The notes below the pieces were generated by a model that ran no database searches, had not been told where the DNA came from, and was given only the letters and a program-made list of their open reading frames with translations. 58,558 nt of DNA, from NCBI GenBank assembly GCA_002633005.1, contig NMRA01000710.1, positions 129,960 to 188,517 of the forward strand, written 5' to 3'. A program made the position numbers and the translations under genes. This document shows positions 36,533-49,277 of this stretch, in pieces; the stretch's first letter is position 1, and each line of letters opens with the position of its first letter. This stretch comes from Phoronis australis (Eukaryota; Animalia; Phoronida).

Positions 36533-37379
36533 ACAGTGGGTCATCGGTGAAGCATGGTCTCAAGGAATTCTTTTTTTAGTTTTTCTTGCTAACAGTGCTT
36601 CAATGCTACGTTTTTGTAAATGGCTAGAACTCAGATACTCTTTATATGAACCAAGTAAATAAAATGACATGTTTGAAGAATTTGAGCTTAAACCCGTAGC
36701 AAACAATCGTGCTGTAATTATTATAACTTTCAATCGTATGTGAACTTTACCGTTGGGGGAGGCCAAATGATAATTTTTAAGTTGCCCAAAATGTTTCTGA
36801 ATTTGTCCAGATTTCACTATATGGGTCTCAATCTGGCAGACAACCTCAAGTGCACCTGTGCTCTCAGCTCTGTTTTGTTACCACAGCAACATTTCTTGGC
36901 TGGTAAACCATCACCATCATCCCGTATTCAGGTTAGACAGANCTATAGCCGAACCTTGCTGTGAATGCAGTAAACGCGGAACATTGCAGTACTAAAATAT
37001 TTCCGTAGGCCAGGAAGCACATGCTGCAGATGGATTACCGTATGACTGAGAACCAACCAAGTGCTCAAAGCAATAAGAAACAATTGAGTGCCACCACGTG
37101 CATGTTTACCAATAGGCCTACCGGTACGCTGACTATGACCCTAACCCTGACCTACTGGTACGCTAATAGCTGTGTACATCAGAAACATGATGAACACTGT
37201 TAAATTTTCAAGTGCTTTAAAAATACAAGTTAAGCAGGGAAATAACGATAGAACGATAGAGCCACGAATCACGTATGCAAAATGACACAGCGTGGCATTA
37301 CCTGTTCACTCAATTGGAAGAATTTTGCATTTAGTACCTTGGCATTTCTGTACTGAACACGAAACCCATTTTTAATTCG

Positions 37380-37623
37380 GTGTTGTTGGAGTAGAGGTCG
37401 CGGTTTGGGGTTTGAGTTTGAGCTTTTTGGGTTGGGGTTTTGGGGTTGATGTTGGGTTGCGGTGGTTTAGGCTTGGGGGTTTAGGTTTGGCTTGGGAGGT
37501 TAGGTTTGGCTTGGGGTTTAGGTTTGGCTTGGTGGTTAAGGTTTGGGTTGGGGTTGTTGTGGTTGGGTTTAAGGGTAGGCTAGGGTTAGGATTTGTGTTA
37601 AGGTTGTTGGGGTTAAGGGTTAA
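37380..37623 (+). repeat. Degenerate telomere-like G/T-rich repeat (left half)
   Basis: Variants of TTAGGG (TTTGGG, TTAAGG, TTTAGG, CTAGGG). Confidence 0.8.
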
Positions 37624-40600
37624 GGTAGGTGTATACACTGGTCAAATCTCCAGGTTCCTAACTAAAATGAGCAAAAAGGGAGTTTTAACTAGTTAGACAT
37701 GACTCTGAAAGTGACAGAAATAGAAAAAAAAGTTTTTATTGTAGTTAATTTTTTTAAACATCGTATTTTTTAATTTTCAATAAATCCAATTATACCTCGA
37801 ATTTTTTATTCAAATTGCACAGGGATTACCATCAACTGTTTTCTTACGTAATATTCTACTTATCCATACCAAATATATGTATAAAATCTTTATGATCTTG
37901 ATTTTGCGGCATTTTTTGCGTGTGAGTTGGGGCAAGCACGCCACTTTCTGTCATTTGGTCACTTTCCGTCTAATAACTAAAAATCTGGTCCATATATAAA
38001 AAACCCTGGCTTGGCGATTTTACTTCAATCCTAGAAGATTTCAAATTTCGTAAGAATTGACCCACGTGTTTCGGAAAATGTTATAACCCTGAAATCGCAA
38101 GCTGCGAAAAACGGCTTTGAAGTTAAGCGAGCATCGATTGTCACTCGAGGTCAAATTTCGTTCAGAATGCGCTGTCATTATGTTCCAATTTTTGTTGATG
38201 TACTAGTAATAAAGCTGATATTTACTTCATGTTTAGAAAATGTGACATACCTGTTTGTTTACAGCGTAATTTTAATCATTTTTGCGAACTTGTGAAGCAC
38301 GACAGACGACCAAAACAAATATGGCTGTCACGTGGGCGGAGCTTACCGTTGATCTATTGTCTGCTGGACTGGTGTGCCGACCACACATCATTAAACCATG
38401 TGTTGATTGTTTATGCGACTCATCTGAACTCTCCACTCAGTGTGGTAAAAGACTCTCTCTAACTATTATTACATAGACCTATTTGTTAGTCTTCCAATAT
38501 TATATGTAGTTACCGTCTCTTCATCAACAAATACATGTTATATCAAATCGTCTACATCAAAATATTCGCAACGAGGATAAAGAACTACTTTCATTGTGCC
38601 TGTACCGCCAACGTTTTGACAGAATGGACTTTGGGATACGAAAATAGTACTTGCTGCGCAAATAGCGTCGCTTGGGTGAGATTTTCAAGTTACCAAAGTT
38701 GCTTATATTGCTTTCCACTAAAACCGTATAATATCATGAGTTTTGATTAAGCGTTACGTTTTAGTCTATGCACTAGAAAAAAATTGTTATGTTGAACACT
38801 GGGTCATTTCTCTAATTCTTTGGGTTACGGCCGGTGGCAAGTTAAAAAATCCCCTGAGTTTGGCAGCCTAGTTTATCCACGGCGCGTTCCTAGCCAAAAC
38901 TATACTCTGACGGCATGCAGTTGTCCATGTCTCGCGCGCGTGGCGTGTCTTCACTGCGCGTGCATACTCTCTCATCGAATCGTGCAACACCAACTATGTC
39001 GACGCTCAGCGTCCTCTAGCAAGACACCTCACCTTTCCGACTTCTATTGTACACGCACAATTTCTGCACTGATTCCTCAAGCTGAGTGCAGTGATGGGTT
39101 CGGTAGGACTTGGCGTACTCAACTTATTTTTTGCAGATGGACAAACAGGCTCAGGCTCGGAACAAGAGCTAGTTCACCATTTCACCACCAACTTCCACAT
39201 GGTCAAAAATAGAAATATTTTATTCTTGGTCTTGCTACAACATCTATCAGCTGNAAAATGCACAGGGATTACCATCAACTGTTTTCTTACGTAATATGCT
39301 ACTTATCCATACCAAATATATGTATAAAATCATTATGATCTTGAATTTGCGGCATTTTTTGCGTGTGAGTTGGGGCAAGCACGCCACTTTCTGTCATTTG
39401 GTCACTTTCCGTCTAACAACTAAAAATCTGGTCCATATATAAAAAACCCTGGCAGGCGATTTTACTTCAATCCTAGAAGATTTCAAATTTCGTAAAAATT
39501 GACCCACGTGTTTCGGAAAAATAGGCCCGACAATCTTGTCATAACCCTGAAATCGCGAGCTGCGAAAAACGGCTTTGAAGTTAAGCGGGCATCGATTGTC
39601 ACTCGAGGTCAAATTTCGTTCAGAATGCGCTGTCATTGTGTTCCAATTTTTGTTGATGTACTAGAAATAAAGCTGATATGTACTTCATGTTTAGAAAATG
39701 TGACATACCTGTTTGTTTACAGCGTAATTTTTTTAATCATTTTTGCGAACTTGTGAAGCACGACAGACGACCAAAACAAATATGGCTGTCACGTGGGCGG
39801 AGCTTACCGTTGATATATTGTCTGCTGTATTGGTGTGCCGACCACATATCATTAAAACCATGTGTTGATTGTTTATGCGACTCGTCTTAACTCTCCACTC
39901 AGTGTGGTAAAAGACTCTCTCTAACTAATATTACATAGACCTATTTGTTAGTCTTCCAATATTATATGTAGTTACCTTCTCTTCATCAATCAATATATGT
40001 TATATCAAATCGCCGCGTTACTGTCTACATCAAAATATTGGCAACGAGGATAAAGAACTACTTTCATCGTGCGTGTACCGCCAACGTTTTGACCGAATGG
40101 ACTTTGGGATAAGAAAATAGTACTTGCTGCGCAAATAGCGTCGCTTGGGTGAGATTCTCAAGTTACCAAAGTTGCTTATATTGCTTTCCACTAAAATCGT
40201 ATAATATCATGAGTTTTGATTAAGGGTTACGTTTGAGTCTATATGCACTAGAAAAAATTTGTTATGTTGAACACTGGGTCATTTCTCTAATTCTTTGGGT
40301 TACGGCCGGTGGCAAGTTAAAAAATCCCCTGAGTTTGGCAGCCTAGTTTATCCACGGCGCGTTCCTAGCACAGAAGAACGGTTTATCTGCAAAAACTCTA
40401 CTCTGACGGCATGTAGTTGTCCATGGCTCGCGCGCGCGGCGTGTCTTCACTGCGCGTGCATGCACTCTCATCGAATCGTGCAACACCAACCATGTCGACG
40501 CTCAGCGTCCTCTAGCAAGACACCTCACCTTTCCGACTTCTGTTGTACAAGCACAATTTCTGCACTGATTCCTCAAGCTGAGTGCAGTGATGGGTTCGGT

Positions 40601-41021
40601 AGGACTTGGCGTACTCAACTTATTTTTTGCAGATGGACAAACAGGCTCAGGCTCGGAACAGGAGCTAGTTCACCATTTCACCACCAACTTCCACATGGTC
40701 AAAAATAGAAATATTTTATTCTTGGTCTTGCTACAACATCTATCAGCTGGTACAGCACTCTCGATTGCCCGGTTACGCAATGCTTGTTGACAGGGTTAGA
40801 TTAGAGCTAGTGTCCTTGTATAAGCTCCGCCCCACTTGTCAGTCACTGAGCTGGTGAGCACTCGAGCCATATGACCTACTGAAGCTTGGTCAAATATAAT
40901 TAAAAAAACAACTTTGGATTTTCAGAATGATTTTATTTTTCTTCAGTATGCTATGCATCAAGATTAGGATGACATAAAAATGTAAAAAACAGTCAAAATT
41001 ATTTTTGTGTATCCACCTACC
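37624..41021. mobile_element. Non-autonomous Kolobok-type DNA transposon (TTAA TSD, GG..CC ends, 15-bp TIR)
   Basis: TTAA|GGTAGGTGTATACAC ... GTGTATCCACCTACC|TTAA. Purine (GG) termini with TTAA fit Kolobok rather than piggyBac. No transposase ORF recognised. Confidence 0.75.
37817..40750 (+). repeat. Near-identical ~1.44-1.49-kb tandem duplication joined at a single N (39254)
   Basis: TGCACAGGGATTACCATCAACTG...CATCTATCAGCTG occurs at ~37817-39253 and ~39259-40750 with scattered SNPs and indels. Confidence 0.9.
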
Positions 41022-41260
41022 TTAAGAGTAGGCAAGGGTTAGGGTTTTTGTTACAGTTTTTGGGGACAAGGGTTTAGGCTAGGCTAGGGTTAGGGTGTGG
41101 GTTAGGGTTGTTGGGCTTAAGGGTTAAGGGTAGGTTAGGGTTAGGGTTTGGGTTAGGGTTAGAGCTAGGGCTAGGGGTACGGCTGGGGTTGGGGTGAGTG
41201 ACGAGGGTGATGGTCAGGGTCAAGGTGAGGGGTGAGCGGTTAGGGCTTGGGTAAGGCTAA
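41022..41260 (+). repeat. Degenerate telomere-like (TTAGGG)n repeat (right half)
   Basis: Several exact TTAGGG units mixed with variants. Confidence 0.85.
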
Positions 41261-41439
41261 TGATGTTACAATTAATAATCCGAAAATTTCATGAGCTTTT
41301 TCACATTTAATTGAACGTTATAGTTTGAAAGCTAGGAAATGTTTTAATATTTAAGATACACGCCTGATGGTGAGCTTGACAGTGCCACAATTATTCACAT
41401 AATGACAACCCTGCCTTCTCCATCATACATTATTACGAA

Positions 41440-42120
41440 TGAATTGAGCGCAAACATTTTAAACTATATTTCGAATAACAAAGTTGAGAGAATGAATAGA
41501 GATGTATTAATTAAAACTTTTGAGAAAGGGGGAGTGGAAATAATGAATAGAATTCGTGTTAACAAGGCTATAAAAATTTGATGGATCAAAAGACTACTTA
41601 CCTCTGGATCAAAATGGGTGAAATTATTTGAATTTGAAACAGGGATTGCAAAGTCAAATATTATCAGTTTGGAAATGACTATATTAAAAATCATACTGAA
41701 GTAATCGATCCTTTTTGGAACGAAGTTCTTAGTAACTGGTCTTTTTCATTTGTAAACAGCCCCATAAAAATGCGAGTGATTTACTCTCAACTAGTTTATG
41801 GCATAATGATGAAATGCTTATAGACAGAAAATCTGTCTTCTTTAGCAAGTATGCTAGGTGTGGTGTTCCTTTTATTTATGACTTACTGGTTGAAAATAAC
41901 AGGTTTTACTCATTTACTGAATTTAAAAACATCTCGAATATACGTACACACTTTTTTGAATATTATTCTCTGACTGAGTCTGTTAGGTCGTTTCTTAGGA
42001 GGACACCATTACAAATGCAGTTAATTGAGATATTTGGACCAATAATAACTTTTAATATCCATAATTCTTTAAACTGCACGTTAATATGTAAAACTGATGT
42101 TGTTTGCAAGAACAAAATTT
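41440..42120 (+). pseudogene. L1/Tx1-like LINE ORF2 remnant (post-RT region), 5' part, cut by the Academ element
   Basis: Decayed frames read EKGGV..KAIKI*WIKRLL, FWNEVL.NW, LWHN..ML IDRKSVF..YDLL and FFEYYSL. Confidence 0.75.
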
Positions 42121-42857
42121 TAGACCGGGATCCCAGAGCTGTTTTGGGCATGAAAAGGTGACCAATTTTCTTTGGTGCCACAGTGCTCTATGGGTATCCT
42201 GATGCTTGGAAATGGCCATCTGGCAGGTTCGCTTTGGTGGGTGTGGTTAGGGGAGCTAAGAGAATGACACTCGAAAATTGAGCTAGATAAACTTTTCTGG
42301 CAACCACTTCAAACTGCCTTGGATACCTACTACATGTACGTAATCCACTGTATCAAAATTGGCCACTGCCAGACAATTTCAGTGGTGGGAACTACCCGCC
42401 AGACGAACATAAACAGGGTACAAAAATTGAGCTAGATCAATCCAAAAGGTAACCGCTTGAAACCGGTGGCAAAATATTCACCGTAAGCCCAAGTATCACG
42501 AGTGAACACTGCCAGACAAATCTAGTGGTGGGTTACCCCCGCCAGACACGCCCAAATACCAGAATTAAGCTAGATCAATCCATCAGCATCACTGAACATG
42601 GCACAAAAGTTAGATGCCAGACAATTTCTGCGGTGGGGTGCCCTTGCCAGACGATTATCAAAAAGGACTAAAAATGAGCTAGATCAATCCAAGAGGTAAC
42701 CGCACGAAACCAGTTGCAAAATATTAACCGTAGCCCCGGGTATCACGAATAAGCGTTGCCAGACAAATCTAGTGGTGGGTTAGCTCCGCCAGACACGCCC
42801 AAATACCCGAGTTGAAGTAGATCAACCCAGCAGGTAACCGTTTGATAACCAATTGCA
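42121..42857 (+). repeat. Left TIR (~740 bp) of the Academ element, built of ~110-150-bp subrepeats
   Basis: Reverse complement of 52991-53753; recurring GCCAGAC..GTGGTGGG..GCCAGAC and AATTGAGCTAGATCAA motifs. Confidence 0.92.
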
Positions 42858-44419
42858 CGATGTTCAACTGTTCATGGTGCAACAGCAAGATGGCAGGAGT
42901 AGAAACAAAACTCATTATAAGCCCATTTACGCTGAATAAACACCAAGTTGAGGAACCAAGCACTTTTTACATAAGGTGAGAGATTTTTGTCTTCAAATTT
43001 ATGCCAGGGCATGAAAAATCAGAAAAATCGCGCCTGATCGGTTGGAGCGACCTCACAAGTCAGGCTACGCAACATTAACGGAATACTCTACTAGATATAT
43101 TCTAATTCACAATTAAAAAAGAACCTAAAAATCCGTCCCATTTTACCAGTCTAAACTATCTCCCCCTGTTTTCGGACGAATTTTACCCAAATCCACATCT
43201 CATTTGATGTAACTCTTACAACTAGGAGTAATCGAAATGGCGTCTTTTGCTGCCGTCATTTCCGTTGTACACGTTGTACACGAGGAGCTACTCGACATGA
43301 GCGTTGAAAGCTGAAAACAATGGAGGTTTCGGGAGATACTTGACAATTATCGTTGAGTAGTTTTCCAGTATAATTGTTCATGAGTGTTGACTGCCAAGTA
43401 GTAGCGTGATTTCAAACAGGTGGATTACAGTTAGAAAGCCCGTCATAGGCCCAAGCCATTTTCTTGGTAAATCGACCTTCACATGTGCCCTGTTAAGTGC
43501 ACAATGAAGATGAAAGGAATTGTTAATCGAAACGTGGGTTACTTAAGGAGGAAGCCATGAGCGGTAAGCACGACCAAAATGGCGCAGGTATGCCATCTTT
43601 TGTGACAAACGGTTGTTTCTCCTTCGAAAACTGTTGTTGACCCCCTCGCGACATTCTAGAGGTTCCGGCGTCGCTGTTATGTATACAGATACGTGCGTAC
43701 GTACATTAGATTCAAATACATGACGAAATGTTTGGCACGACTTCGGTTTTTGCTTATGATACCTACTGAATGTCTGTAGCATACAATAGCTAATGCAAAA
43801 TTTTCTGTTCATTGCCGGCATCCTGGTAATGGAATATTGGCCTGCAAATACAACCGAGGTCGGTGCATAGTTGTCACAAATGACTACTCCTCTTTCTGTT
43901 AGTTTGAATCACGAATCAACAAATGCTTGTTTTATATAATTCATAAATAATTTTCCAATACTATAGGGAAATGGATGAAACCTCATTTTTTAGCAATGTT
44001 TTAACATTTCTGACAGCACAACGCGTAATTCCAGCTTCTTATGAATATCTTTGGGACACTTAACCTCCCACCTTAAATAATGGATTCAGACGATGTGAAT
44101 GAACAGGATCCCGGACTGAAAGACTCACCTCAAGCCTCAAGCAGTACACTGACTATAAATGACCAGCAGTTAATGAACTTATAGTTTTTACTATTTAATG
44201 AAAGCTCTGTTCGTTTTGACCGTCGTTTCGCTGGGTCTGTATCGATGTTTTCCGGTCCCTGAGTTACCTCGTGTCTATGCAACTGATATTTTCTCTGGCC
44301 TATGTTTCCTAGCGCCGATCCTCTCCCGACCCTATATTCTCCCCCAAATCCTTTTTTTTCAGAGATATTTATTAACTCAACCAACCAGTACATAGTTGTG
44401 CGACAATATGACATCTAGT

Positions 44420-45550
44420 TTAGTGTACATCAAACAAATTACGAACATTATCGGACCCTATAAAAGCTAGTTAGGCAAAAAAGACCACCTTGCCTGGAAT
44501 CTCTCAAGATCCAATTTATCATTGTAAGTAATTTTTTCCAGGTTGTAGTAATCACATAGCTCACGTAAAAATGACTGAAAATTGGGCTTAGTCTTTTGTA
44601 ATCTTTGTCTATATAAATGGAATTTCGCTAAGCAAACAATTAAATTTACAGCTTCTAATCTACAGGCTGGGTCTCCAAACAAGGCGGAAGACATATTTAA
44701 CTGCAGAGGGAAATTGCACTGATTTATCATCCATGTTCTTAAACATCCCCAAAACTTCTGAACAAGTGAACATTCCCAATACAAATGTAGAATTGTTTCT
44801 TCATGTTGCTCACAGAAAGACCATAAAGACGATTCACTAACACCTATTTTCTTTAAATAAGAGTTTGTACCAATAATTCTGTGGTTGATACGGAATTGAA
44901 ACCATCTGAGTCTGACATCAGAAGTACAATGATAAATTACAGAATGATTTTTTTTCCAAGATTGAGTTTCATCACATAAGTTAATCTCTCTCTCCCACTT
45001 CAATTCTGCGACAGGTTTTACATATAACTTAGAAATAAATACTTCAAAGATTTTCCCAGTCCCTTTATTTTCCGAGGAGATTCGAAAAATATGTTCTGGA
45101 AAAAGTGGAGTGACTATAATACTCTTGTCTCTTAGATGATTCCAAGAACGAAGTATTGACCTTCGAATTCCATAAAAATGAGTAATACAAAGACAAAATT
45201 GAAAACGTTTACAAAACGTATGATAATCATAAATATATCCCTTATCAGGGTCAATTAAATCATATACGTACCGTATACCCTTTTGAAACCACTCGTTCCA
45301 AAAATTGGATTAATGTCTATACAAATTTTGGGGTTATACCACAAAGGTTGATACAAAGGATCATCTATCTCACAAAGATTGATAAAGTCATATAAGATAT
45401 AAAAATACATGTATCCTTCCAAAAATATTGTTAGTACGGTTAGATACTTCAAAGAAAAAACAAGAACCTAACTGAAAAGAGTCATTTTTTATATTAGGAA
45501 TAATTTCACATAAAATATTTAGCCAAAGAGAAGTATTGTTATAATAATTT
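44420..45550 (-). pseudogene. L1/Tx1-like LINE 3' fragment (zf-RVT region) nested in the Academ element
   Basis: ORF 44467-45003: LRWFQFRINHRIIGTNSYLKKIG..FCEQHEETILHLYWECSLVQKFW..AKFHLY; upstream PLWYNPKI. Boundaries approximate. Confidence 0.85.
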
Positions 45551-47944
45551 TTCAAGAATCTTCAAATCCTATGTTTTCCCAGTCCAGATGCCCTATGTTC
45601 CCCTGCCCCCATATTCTCTCGACCGCAGCCATTTTCTGTACATCGGAAATCAATTCATTTCGTTGATTACTTGATTTATAGATCTTGCGACTGAAAAGCG
45701 CCATGACTCTGGCCAATCATAAACATTATCAAGATGTAATTTTATCTACAAACAAACTGGGTTGGTATGTCATTACCAATAAATTGCTTTACTGGCTTTC
45801 CTGTAACCAAATGCTCCCTTTAAACACAGAAATTGAATTAACGTACACCGATACATGGGAAGAAGACCGGGTAATATGGGACCAGGGTAACGTCGGGATG
45901 GGGGTAACGTGGGGACGGGGGAACATTGGGCAGAGGAATATTGGTTGGGGAACCGAGGGACGGGGATTGTAGTGACAGAGGAACAGTGGGAGACCATGTT
46001 TCGTTTTTTAGGGCAAAATGACACTGACATATATACATGTATAAAGAAAACAAAACAACTTAAACCAAATAAATGTTTTTCATTACAGGTTCTTGAAAGC
46101 GATGGTAATGTATGCTGGTTCATCTGCCTGCCAAACATCAACCGGCGAGGACAGCAAGCTGAAAACTTTCAACGAAAACACTTGTTCAACACTGAAGAAC
46201 GTCACTACCCTACGTAAAAAATTAAAATGTGACAAATACTCCCTTGTTACGCAAAAAGTAGCGGAAGCTAGTGAAACAGAATTATATCTTCGCTATCACC
46301 CATCGTGCTACAGAAAATACACTGCTGTTAAACGTCCAAGAGATGGACCGTCAGTTGACGACACAACTCCTAGTAAAATGGCTTGTATTGTTACAAGACG
46401 TTGCAGTCCCCTCCCAAAGTCCGATGATAAGGCATGTTGAAAGGTTCTTGCATATTCTGTGGGAAAAGCGGAAAGAAGAAGAATGGGAAAGAGGAACCAA
46501 GGGTCAAGATATTAAGACTGTCTGGTTGTCATTCCTTCCGCCAAGCGGCCAAATCATCTAGTAATGAGCGCTTAAGAAGCCTGGTTTTCAGTGATGTTGA
46601 CTTAATAGCAAAGGAAGCTGAATATACATGTACCACAAGTCCTTTGGAGCTCTCTTCACTAAAGAAACTTCTAGTCAAGAAAGTGGAAATTTAAGGGATC
46701 TACACTACCAAGCATTTACGCAAACACGCAATTACATTCAAATTGAGGTTTTTGAAAACCGGCGGTCAATACTTCTCTCTACTTTGCTAGATTTGTACAA
46801 AGAAGAGTATGTAAGTAATGGTGGGACAGAAGCTGATGTCTCAGCATACACAACTCAGAATCTCCTTAAGAAGATGAAAGACCAATTTGGAGACAGAATT
46901 CAAGTGAGATTGTCAAATCAGCGGAAAGGCAATTTTATTTTTAGCTCCACTGTAACAGAAGGAGATGCATTAGTTCAGCAGCAAGGTGAAACTGAAGAAA
47001 ACTACCAAAATGACAAACTGAGATGGGCCGCTCTTCATCTTCGGTCTCAAATCTTGCAACTGCCTAAGTCAAAGACACCTATTCTAACAACAGTGCAGAA
47101 TTTGAAATCATGTGCACCAAAGATACCGCAGCAACTTGAACTGTTTTACCGAACACTTCTCGGTGGCATTACAACCTCAAATTCTCAAAGAGAATCCACT
47201 GACCGCAAAGTTACCGCAATGGCATCTGACGCCATTTACAACGTTACCCGTGGTAATGTGAGGCCGTTGACGCACACGTCCCTGGGACTTGGTCTGTCTT
47301 CTCTGACAGGTTCAAAACTGTCTATGCAGATTCTTAACGGAGCAGGACATTCCATCGGCTACAAAGAAAGCAAACTCCTTGAGACTGAGTTTGCGTATTC
47401 CATAGAGTCGTATGAACGCGAAGCACCAGATGGTATTCGACTCCTTCCAAATCTAGCCACTGCCTCTGTTTGGGATAATAATGACGCACACGTCGAAACA
47501 TTAGATGGCATGTCAACACTGCATGCAACTGTTGTTTCGAGAAGGAAGGAATCGCCGACAGTTTGTGGGGGTTGAGCAAGAAGTGCGGCCATTCAGAAAA
47601 TCTCTTAAGGATGTTACTTTTTCAAGTATCAACATAAACTCTGCTAAAACACGTGACAATCCTGTCAGAGGCAATGAAGTAAACTACAAGAACATACAGC
47701 TCAACTTGTTGGATCTCTACTGGTTTTTGAAACTAAGGGAAGGTAAGACTCCACTGCATGCTGAATTTATGAGCAGTTACATACGGGACCAATTGCCTCT
47801 TCAAAGGATCTGTTACATGGGCCCCATTTCAAAATCACCAATCAACAACGATGTTGTTAAAGAAACTATGATCCGCACAATGAATGTAGCCAGAGAGACT
47901 GGGCAAGACTACACAGTTGTGACATATGACTTGGCAGCTGCTTT

Positions 47945-49277
47945 TTCACTGTGATATAAATTTATTGAAGGATACACAGAACATACAAAGAAATAATAAC
48001 AAACCCAGAAACCGCGAAGCATTATATCTGGGTTGTAAACAATTCATAAATGAAACTTATATACATAGAGGTATGTACAATTAAGTAGTATCTAAAATAA
48101 GTATTCCAATACTTAGACATGCTATTACAGATATGTAAAAACAAAAATATGTACAGATTCATGTGGGGAAATCAGATGCAACAATATTGATAAACGGTAC
48201 ATAAAAATTTGCTAACGTTGCTTAGGAGGAATTCGTTGAGAACAAAGTCAAGGTTAGGACTACCATTCAGTAATAATGTAACTCTAGTAGAGATATTATT
48301 ACAAGAATTGAGAGCGTTAACAATTGATTGGTTATCATTGAGTGCACGAAAAAGTGAGTCTCTCAGGGATTCGATGAGGGGACATTTGAAGAAAATATGA
48401 GGATAAGATTGATGGTCACCACATTTACAGTTTGGAGAGACATTACTAAAGTTGTGCCTGAACTTGTCAGAGTTGAGGAAAAGGCCACATCTTGATCTGT
48501 ACAATGCTATTTCNNNNNNNNNNNNNNNNNNNNNNNNNNNNNNNNNNNNNNNNNNNNNNNNNNNNNNNNNNNNNNNNNNNNNNNNNNNNNNNNNNNNNNN
48601 NNNNNNNNNNNNNNNNNNNNNNNNNNNNNNNNNNNNNNNNNNNNNNNNNNNNNNNNNNNNNNNNNNNNNNNNNNNNNNNNNNNNNNNNNNNNNNNNNNNN
48701 NNNNNNNNNNNNNNNNNNNNNNNNNNNNNNNNNNNNNNNNNNNNNNNNNNNNNNNNNNNNNNNNNNNNNNNNNNNNNNNNNNNNNNNNNNNNNNNNNNNN
48801 NNNNNNNNNNNNNNNNNNNNNNNNNNNNNNNNNNNNNNNNNNNNNNNNNNNNNNNNNNNNNNNNNNNNNNNNNNNNNNNNNNNNNNNNNNNNNNNNNNNN
48901 NNNNNNNNNNNNNNNNNNNNNNNNNNNNNNNNNNNNNNNNNNNNNNNNNNNNNNNNNNNNNNNNNNNNNNNNNNNNNNNNNNNNNNNNNNNNNNNNNNNN
49001 NNNNNNNNNNNNNNNNNNNNNNNNNNNNNNNNNNNNNNNNNNNNNNNNNNNNNNNNNNNNNNNNNNNNNNNNNNNNNNNNNNNNNNNNNNNNNNNNNNNN
49101 NNNNNNNNNNNNNNNNNNNNNNNNNNNNNNNNNNNNNNNNNNNNNNNNNNNNNNNNNNNNNNNNNNNNNNNNNNNNNNNNNNNNNNNNNNNNNNNNNNNN
49201 NNNNNNNNNNNNNNNNNNNNNNNNNNNNNNNNNNNNNNNNNNNNNNNNNNNNNNNNNNNNNNNNNNNNNNNNNNNNN
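47945..49277 (-). mobile_element. Non-LTR retrotransposon 3' end inserted in the Academ transposase; 5' part lost in the N gap
   Basis: ORF 48172-48504 (LNSDKFRHN..SPNCKCG..HIFFKCP..R..L) is a LINE ORF2 C-terminal CCHC-type region; AATAAA on the minus strand near 47961; TGGCAGCTGCTTT duplicated at 47932-47944 and 49278-49290. Confidence 0.75.
48514..49277. other. Assembly gap (764 N)
   Basis: Run of Ns. Confidence 1.

Noticed and set aside
37372-37696. Pro/Asn/Thr-rich and Gly/Leu/Val-rich ORFs
   Set aside because: Translations of the telomere-like repeat.
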